A stretch of DNA of 63,990 nucleotides from positions 192,179,415 to 192,243,404 of the forward strand of contig NC_068981.1 in NCBI RefSeq assembly GCF_001194135.2. The letters run 5' to 3'. The stretch comes from Octopus bimaculoides. Lineage: Eukaryota. A program made the position numbers and the translations under genes. Shown here one piece after another: positions 55,096 through 63,990 of this stretch (positions are counted from its first letter, which is position 1; every line of letters starts with the position of its first letter). The notes beneath the pieces were generated by a model, which searched no databases, had not been told where the DNA came from, and was given only the letters and a program-made list of their open reading frames with translations.

Positions 55096-55755
55096 TGCAT
55101 TGCCTGCTTTACAATTATTGAAATGTTCTAGTTATTGACTTCTCTGACTGGCCAATTTCACTAATGTATTCAAAAGACACACCAAGCAACAGTTATTCCA
55201 TGGAGTCAATTTCATTAGACTTTATTCTTTAACATAAATTCTGAAATCTGATTCCTTGGGCTCTTCATTGTGCAGTGGTCTGATTTTTCTGATCTTAAAC
55301 AGATGTATAAAAACGGCTGTAGTCATTCATTTATGCATGTGTGCATGCACACACACACATGCATGTGCATGCACACATGCACACACACACACATGTGCAT
55401 GCACACATGCACACACACACACACACTCACACGAACACACACACAAACATATCCATATATAAACATGTATATATGTACATCTATTTAAAAAATATTACCA
55501 TCATCATTTTAACACCTATTTTTCCATGCCAGATGGGTTGGATGGAATCTGTTGAAACTAATTTTTTTACTCTTAGCTGCTCCTCTTATCAAGACCCCTT
55601 ACTTGTTTCTAAGCAAGGTAATATTTCTCCGTAACCAGACATATTCTCACAGAAGATTGGAACTGAAAGACACAGCTTGTGTGTCAGGGACACCTGTTTA
55701 CAACTGTTACACAATGTCAAGAGAAGGAGGTACAAACACATGCAAGAGCATGCAT

Positions 55756-55833
<78 letters not shown>

Positions 55834-56209
55834 TTCCTAATATAATAATGATTGTAGTGTTTTTATATATTTATATATATATATTTGTCCAGAATTACGC
55901 CAGACATCGAGGAGAAGAAAAATAGTAATTTAGTGAAGGAGAAGTAGTGAGCGTAAAAGTCCTGACAGAGAGGGAGTGAGAGAAAGTAACAGTAATGAGA
56001 GAAAGGAAGGGGTGATAGATGAATAAGGAAGGAAGGGCTGAAAAAATCAATGTTTCAACTCTGTGTGAGTATATGTGTGTATGTGTGTGTGTGTACAAGG
56101 GAAGTATGTGAATGTTTGTATGTGTGATTATTATGTACCTTACATTATTTACATTATTTACAATTGACGGATATTTGTCCTCATCTTGTTTGTTGTTAAC
56201 ACATTTCAG

Positions 56210-56650
56210 CTGACTAGAAACTCTGCCAAATCAGATTGGAGCCTGGTGTAGCCATCTGGTTTCACCAGTCCTCAGTCAAATCGTCCAACCCATGCTAGCA
56301 TGGAAAGCGGATGATGATGATGATGCCCTCCAGCCTTCACCAGGTATCTTGGGGTTAGGGAGTGCTGGCATCAACCACATTTGAATTGTGCATTTTATGT
56401 GCCACTGGCGTGGGGAGACAGTCGGGCGACACTGGCAATGACCCATGCGTGCATGGTGCTTATGGCATGCTACCAGCATGGGAGCCAGTCAGGTGCCACT
56501 GACATCGGCCACAACTACAATTTCCATTTGATTTGTGATTAGATTTGATTTTACTTGACTCAATGGGTCTCCTCAAACTCCTCGTTGCTTGACGATTCAA
56601 AGGTACTTTTTAAATCGTCAGTCAACATGTTGCGCTTGAGGAGACCTATT
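56210..56650. mobile_element. RTE-type tail (+) abutting further RTE-UTR-like fragments
   Basis: Tail ending gatgatgatg at ~56325, followed by UTR-like segments up to a (TA)n run. Confidence 0.6.
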
Positions 56651-56655
56651 GAGTC

Positions 56656-56787
<132 letters not shown>

Positions 56788-57040
56788 GTGTATGTGTATG
56801 TGTGTAAAGCACCTAAAACACGCTATAAAGTGATTGGCATTAGGAAGGGCATCCAGGTATAGAAACCATGCCAAAGCAGACAGTAGAGTTTGGCACACTC
56901 TTCTGATTTTTTGGCTTCTGTCAAACCATCCAACTTATGCCAGCAAGGAAAATGGACATTATATGATGATAATGATGATGATGATGATGATGATGATGTG
57001 TGTTCATGTGTGTGTACATATATTCACAGACACAGACACA

Positions 57041-57086
<46 letters not shown>

Positions 57087-57279
57087 TATATGTTACTTTA
57101 TTCAGTAATATAACCAGCAACTTCAGATCTTTATGGCAATGTAAGAAAACAAGTAAACAGGAAGAGAACTACTTTAAAGTAGATTTTTTCTTCTTTCTTT
57201 GGTACTTGCTGGAGGCTGAAACTGGATCTATGCAGAATCTCGGTTTTAGATAACATTAAATCTGTTATTTATTAAATGA

Positions 57280-57296
57280 TTATATCATCGTCATTG

Positions 57297-57345
<49 letters not shown>

Positions 57346-57592
57346 TATCGTCATTGTTTTCATCATCCTCACCATCATCATAATTGTCAACGTCATAGTT
57401 GATGTTATCATCGTCATCATCATCATCATCATCATCATCTTCAATATTTTCATTATCATTATTTTCTCTATTGTCATCAATACCATCATCATCATATCAT
57501 CATTATCGTCATCACCAGTGTCATCATCATCATTGTTATCATCATCATTGTAGTCAGTGATGTCATTGTTGTTGTCATCGTCGTCGTCATCT

Positions 57593-57653
<61 letters not shown>

Positions 57654-57760
57654 TGTCTTCATTGTCATCATCACTCTCAACATTAGCATCAAAATATTCC
57701 CCATCAATACTCTTGCTGCCACCATCAGCACCACCATATTCTTAAGACTATTTCCAACAG
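57280..57760. repeat. Compound degenerate (CAT)n/(CGT)n trinucleotide tract
   Basis: ~480 bp of CAT/CGT/CAC triplets. Confidence 0.9.
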
Positions 57761-57907
57761 CAGAAACATGATTCCATAGATACATCAATCCACTTCAAGC
57801 ACCACCAATGCCACAAGACTGTCAATCCCCCAAATTCACTACCCACACCAATCACCACTACCACCTATATCACCAACAACAGCACCAGGATGACAACGAT
57901 GATGATG

Positions 57908-57943
<36 letters not shown>

Positions 57944-59189
57944 ACAGACATCAATGTTAAATTTTACATGTTTTCTGAGCAAAAAAGGTGTCATCTGAAC
58001 AGTATGTCTTGCAGCTCTCTGCTCCATCATATGGAATTTAAAATTCCTTGCTAAACAGGTAAGGGTGATGACAAAAAATGGGTGTCAGGGATGCCTTACA
58101 CCCTGTGGCCTTCTAGCATGCCAAACACCAACTTGGAATTTCAGAATGTATGTGCTATTGCTAGATAATTGGTGAATCTACATCCTTCTTTTGGGTTTCT
58201 AGCAAGCCTCTGTACCAGGCTAGTCTGGTGGGTGGTGTTGCTGATTTAGTCACTAATGACCTGACCATGCAACAGGTTGTACTGGATGCAATGTTACTAG
58301 TAACATTCATGAGAGATCTCAAATAAGTATCTATCTCAAATGGTCGTAAAATTAACAAATAATTATGTACATATACATATGTGTGTCAATGTATGTAACA
58401 AGTAAAAAATAGAGTTGGTATTACATTTATTCCACAGTTTATCAATGTTTCATTAACATAAACGCAGGTGTGGCTGTGTGGTAAGAAGCTTGCTTCCCAA
58501 CCATATGGTTCTAGGTTCAGTCCCACAATGTGGCACCTTCGGCAAATCTCTTCTACTATAGCCGAGCAGGTGGAAACTGAAAGAAGCCCATCATATATAT
58601 GTGTGTATATATATATAATGTATTGATCTATGGTATACAACAAAGAGAGCACTCCATTTGGTGAGAGACAAATATTGTTGTTTAAGGGTCACAATACATG
58701 TCTTCAGCTGCTACTAATAGTTTCATTGCCTGAGAATCTAAACATGTTCTTCAGGTGCAGACCACTCTTTGTGCTGAACTAAGAACTTTAAATATGGCAT
58801 GGGACATGAGAAAACAAAAAAAAAATGTGAAAAAATGGTGGAATATAGAAAATCCTAACTTCTAACTGGGAAACGAAACCAGGAGACTTGATGTAAATGT
58901 AAATAATGTACGAAATTAAATGTGAATTAAATGTAAATTGTGTATGCAGAGTAAAAATGTATATGAAAAATAATGTATAAAATATAAGGTATAAATATAA
59001 GACATGTTGGGAATATAAAATTTATAAATTTTATAAGTTATAAAGGATAAAAATAAACCTAAAAAAATAAATAAATACTAAATGATGTGGGGGAAAAGCT
59101 ATAAAAGTAAGCAATCTAACTTCTTTAGTCTTTAAATTATAAGGTCGGTGGGATGTCAAATCAATCCGGGATGGGTGGCATTGTCCAGT

Positions 59190-59330
59190 TCTTCAAAATA
59201 TATTTTTGCATGTGTCTGCAACCACTGAAAATTTCAGACCTTTGAGTTCAATATTGAGTTGGAGATTTTTGATCAGTATTTGTGCTCTTTCAGACAAGCA
59301 CAGCCTACATTTCTTTGATCTGTTCACATA

Positions 59331-59335
<5 letters not shown>
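59190..59335 (-). mobile_element. Penelope-like GIY-YIG C-terminal remnant
   Basis: PYVNRSKKCRLCLSERAQIL...LN...KNIF matches the PLE KCxLCLxEK motif. Confidence 0.75.
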
Positions 59336-59379
<44 letters not shown>

Positions 59380-59382
59380 GTC

Positions 59383-60180
59383 ACTTATTACAGATCTTTG
59401 TTGAGTGCTACTAGTAACATGGAATTCAGTACAACTTTATGCATGGTCTGGTCACTGGCAACTAAACTGGCACCCTAACCAGACTAGCCTGGTAAGAAGG
59501 GTTACTAGACACCCAAGGGATGAAGAACAAGGCCCATCAAAAGTATCGATAAACCCAGTAGTGTAGATTCAACTGATATCTAACAATAACGCATGCACTC
59601 CCAAATTCCAAGTTGGGGCCCAACATGCTAGAAGACCACAGTGAGTAAGACACTCCACAGCTTTTGTTAAAGCAAGTCCCTAAGAGAAGTTCCTTCTGAT
59701 ATAAACCCAGATATGTAGAGAATGGCAGTGGATATTTTGTGGATATGCAGTTTACATAGCACCCCCACATTCTTGAGCCTGAGACTCTGTTTTGGTACTA
59801 GACATCTTGCCTCAGCTTGTCTCCGGATATTGTCAATAGGATGAAGAGGGTCTATGGAGTGTCATGCAAGCCTTATTGGACCTAAAATTTTGCCCTGGCA
59901 TAGATGGCATTTTGCATGAGCATTGCTGCTTTAACATTTAAACTGTACACTGTGGTGGCAAAGTATGCAGACCTGACAGATTGAAAGCATATAGTCATCG
60001 ACTTACACATAGATGGCCCATGTTAGATATAATGTCATCTCCTTATCATCCAAGACAGAGATGGGAAGCTTGGTCTGCAATATCCATGGATGTTCACATT
60101 TACCAAAGGCTAGGCTCATTAGTCACCAGCAGAACCACAAATATAAAGCATGAATTTATTTGAGTGCACAGTGTTCTTAA
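59383..60180. mobile_element. Decayed interspersed repeat (probably LINE-derived) with an inverted partial copy at 58085-58330
   Basis: Direct sequence match between the two copies; no intact protein motif recognised. Confidence 0.45.
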
Positions 60181-60296
60181 TGGTCAATGATGGTCTTCCT
60201 CAGTCACTAGTGGACCATCATCATGTATGTATATATGAAAGTGTGTATTTATGCATACATACATACATACATACACACACACATGCATACATACAT

Positions 60297-60333
<37 letters not shown>

Positions 60334-60344
60334 TAGATAGATAG

Positions 60345-60394
<50 letters not shown>

Positions 60395-60656
60395 ATATAC
60401 ACACACAACAATGATGATGATGATGACAATGATGATAATAATGACCAGGTGGTGGCATTAAACTGGATATTTCTGGACCAATTTGTCATCAAAACAACCA
60501 TCCCAGAAACCATTTTGTTCTTTGTCTTCTTCAATAAACAGCTGACATTTGTTTACATAGACTGCGATCAATAGACAACTGGCCCTTTTGAACAAAGATG
60601 TCAGCCAAACTGCTTGAAAAACAACCTTTCTCAAAACTCATTTATATTTTGTTTAA

Positions 60657-60871
60657 CCCTTTAGCATTCAGATTACTCTGTCAAATGTGATGCATATTTA
60701 TTCACCTTGTTTTGAATTAATCATACATTATCTTGTCACTTCAAAACTTCAATGATCTTATTGCTTATTTTTAGAATTATTTGGTGGGTGTGAGAAACTG
60801 GATCTGGCTGATTTCAATATAAAACAGCTTGAATATTTGGGCCAGATATGGTCAGTTTAAATGCTAAATGG
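60657..60871. mobile_element. piggyBac-type MITE
   Basis: TTAA|CCCTTTAGCATT...AATGCTAAATGG|TTAA. Confidence 0.8.
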
Positions 60872-61139
60872 TTAAGTATTCTTTGTCCAACCCCACAAAC
60901 ACAAGTAAACAAATTCAGTTAAAATATATGAATCCCTGACATTTAGCTACAAACAGCTGACATCTCTCACAAGTATAAGAGAAAGCAGATTGCTAGTCTG
61001 TACTAATACTGCTTCCATTACTAATAACTAATTTTTACCCTGCCTGCCAACTGTTTGCAACACCAGTGATTGATTTGTCCCTGTCTTCTATATCAGTAGA
61101 AGTGAAGTTTAGTTAGCATGCAGTATTAGTGGATACCTG

Positions 61140-62155
61140 CTTCTGATGCCATGCAAACATGAGGAAGTCACATGACCAAATAGTTCCACCACAGGTGCTG
61201 GGCTCTCTTACCTCAGAGAAGACCTGGATGGAAAGCACTCAGAATACAAAAAAAAAAAAAAAGACTATGTATGGGTATGTTGCCCAGAAGCTTGAAGAAG
61301 ACAGTAGAACTGACATGAAGCACAGCCTCTCTTGGACACAAGACCACTACATCACATTACACTTTGAAGGCTATATGTTTGCAATCCAGGAACGGGAGAT
61401 TGCCACAAAGTACCTAGTGAACAAGAGAGACAATGACGTTCTTGTAATCGCAGGGTGAAACTGCATGTGTAGGCTATGTCATGTTTCTGTGGAAGACATT
61501 ACACATGAGATTAGCAGCTGTCCTAAAATGTCGTCACAGTACTACCTCCTTATGTGGCACAATGTTGTTGCTAAAGCAATTTACAATGCCATCCGCAAAT
61601 AGACTGTCCTGAAATAAACTTAGAAAATCCTTCTGTTATGGAATGCATTCATAAACACCAACTCAAGGAATACTGGTGGAATATTCCTATCAAAACTGCT
61701 GTCAAATGTAAGCATAACAGACTGGATATTGTTGTTTGGGACAGTGGGGCAAAGGTATGTACTGTCACAGAGGCCGCCCTGCAGATATAAATATCTCTTT
61801 GAAAATCAAAGAAAAAGTGGATATCTATGGACAACTGCTTCAATACCTCCAACTTCTATATCAAGACTATGAATTCATATTCATACCAATAATAATTGGA
61901 GCACTGGGTTTTGTTAGTAAATGCTTAAAGGAGAATCTGGATAAACTGGGATTTTCAGAAAGAGAAATTGACTGGCTGATTCGTACATTACAAGTCCAAA
62001 CCATGAGTGGAACAGTAAAAATATGCAAGACTTTTTTCAAGTTCCAAATGTGAATTTATCTGTGTAAACTTTATCCTAAAGATGGAGCCTTGTATCTTTG
62101 TTGGAAACCAGGTCCCTCCTCAGTGGAAGATTTATAATAATAAAAAAATAGAAGA
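61140..62155 (+). mobile_element. 5'-truncated non-LTR retrotransposon with restriction-like endonuclease (R4/Dong-like)
   Basis: FAIQEREIATK, CCHC knuckle CRLCHVSVEDITHEISSCP, WNIPIKT...HNRLDIVVWD, CPADINISLKIKEKVDIY, PIIIGALG, SGTVKICKTFF; frameshifted. Confidence 0.88.
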
Positions 62156-62159
62156 GACA

Positions 62160-62215
62160 TACGTACATACATACATACATACATACATACATACATACAC
62201 ACACACATACATACA

Positions 62216-62245
<30 letters not shown>
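62160..62245. repeat. (TACA)n microsatellite
   Basis: Tetranucleotide run directly 3' of the RLE element. Confidence 0.95.
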
Positions 62246-62247
<2 letters not shown>

Positions 62248-63990
62248 GTATATAATACATATATAAAAATGAAGATATTGGTAATCACATTTAGTGCATG
62301 GCTACAAATTTTTTATTAACAGATGAATTAGATAAATAATTTAACATGTTGGAATCAATATAAAGAATGATACGTAATTTCATGTGGTATTTAATGTAAC
62401 CCAGTTTTTCCATTTCATTATGACCTTGCATAAGATGCAATATGTTTGCATGATCATGAATACTCTTATAGATACAATAAGTGGATGTGGCATAGAGTGT
62501 CATAGCAAACAATTAATCATTTTGACATGCCTAATAGAAAGATACAGAGTAAGCTGATCAAAGGATGGGCAATCTTGTATACCACCAGGTAAATTAGTTG
62601 AGGTGCATAGACAAAAGATATATAATGCAGAAGGCTGTCAGAGCAAAAAAGGACAGCACTTAAATTATGGGTGAAGTAAACAGAATGATGTCCACAAAAA
62701 ATCATTAGTTAAGTGGAATGGGTATGTCAGAAGTAACATCAGAGAAAGTAAGATGATAAGAAAAAAGTGTAAGAAAATGAGAAGGGGAAAGGGAGATAGA
62801 GAAAACTCCAAGAAGAGCATCATGAAGGATGGAAAGATAGGAATAGAAATAGAAAGATATAATTAAATATTATTAAAGGAGATGATTAATTTTGTATTTA
62901 ATAGAGTAGAACAGCTAGTCAAATCATAGACAAAATATCATAATACAGTAACATAGTATAAAAAATAATAATATTAATGATAAAAAATAACTATTATTAT
63001 ATTAAATGGAACTAGTAGATAGTTATATAAGAAAATATAAAATTGTTGTGGGAACTGATAAGGTAATTAAGAACAAGAGGAATAAATGAATCATAATGAA
63101 CAATTAGAGTTCTAGAGAGTAAGGATAAAATGGTTATGAGAATAAGTATGGAAAGAAATCTAAGAATGATTGCAACAGTGAGAAATGAAGTGCAATCACA
63201 AAAAGTGCCTATGTAGTTTTATAATATTATACAATAAAATACACAAGTTTGGTAAATGGAATCTTCAAAAAACGGTTTTACTAATCTGGTGTGTGTAATA
63301 TATTAACAACTCATTACCTTCATTAATTAGTCCAGATTTACATCTTAGAATTTCAAGTGTCTCCATATAACATAAATTACAATTACCCAACTTTCTTTAT
63401 ATGGAGGCAAATCTGACTTGATAGCATATACCATACTTTCACTAACTGTTATAGAAATTTATGTAGACACAAGCAAGCATAGACACATAGTCAGCCCTCC
63501 CAGCAGAACATCAATGCTGTGACAACTGGAGGGAGAGAGGACTGCACCAGCCTAGTACACATTTTCAATTGAGTAAATTGAAACAGCATGAAATGAGATG
63601 CCTTGCTCAAGGACTCAATGTGCCTGGTTCAGAAATCAAACCCATGGTCTTATGATTCTGAACCAGACACCTTAATTATTAGCTCACGAACCATCCCTAA
63701 AAAAAACAAACATAACTCAGTAATTAACACTTCTTAGTATGCATCTTGATATTTCACCATTACCTGAGCCTTAGGTACATTTAGTTTTGGGGGTCCAATC
63801 TGCTGGTAGCATGTGGGAAAAGCTCTTGGTTTGTACCTATTTAACTTACTGCTACCAGTCTCAGAAGCTCTGCACAGGATCATGGCTGTAAACCTTTCCT
63901 TCCTTGCTCAAGTCATGATTGTCATCATCACCATTGTCATCATCAACACCACCACCACCACCACCACCACCACCACCACCACCACCACCA

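Overview
AT-rich, microsatellite-dense animal genomic DNA. The repeat content (tRNA-derived SINEs, RTE LINEs ending in (GAT)n, mariner remnants, Penelope-like elements) looks like an octopus/coleoid cephalopod, but that assignment is inference. Only one host coding exon is supported: the first coding exon (32 codons, minus strand, 26417-26512) of an alpha-catulin-like gene. It sits in a ~7 kb CpG-rich, transposon-poor promoter domain, and no second exon was found in the 26 kb downstream. The rest is decayed mobile DNA: RTE fragments with a PHD-like finger inside the RT, two Penelope-like GIY-YIG remnants, an R4/Dong-like RLE retrotransposon 3' end, mariner remnants, hAT/piggyBac/TA-type MITEs and many SINEs. 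There is one 949-N assembly gap. The most interesting unannotated signal is a set of hammerhead-ribozyme (HHR)-like motifs from several sequence families, mostly on the minus strand. They include a near-intact minimal type I HHR (29193-29227), two HHRs with long stem II inserts (41615-41735 and a 324-nt-period tandem at 49155-49542), and a family whose inferred ancestral core is the non-canonical CUGUCGA. All folds were done by eye, most copies carry CpG-decay mutations, and none is shown to be active. Repeat boundaries are approximate.
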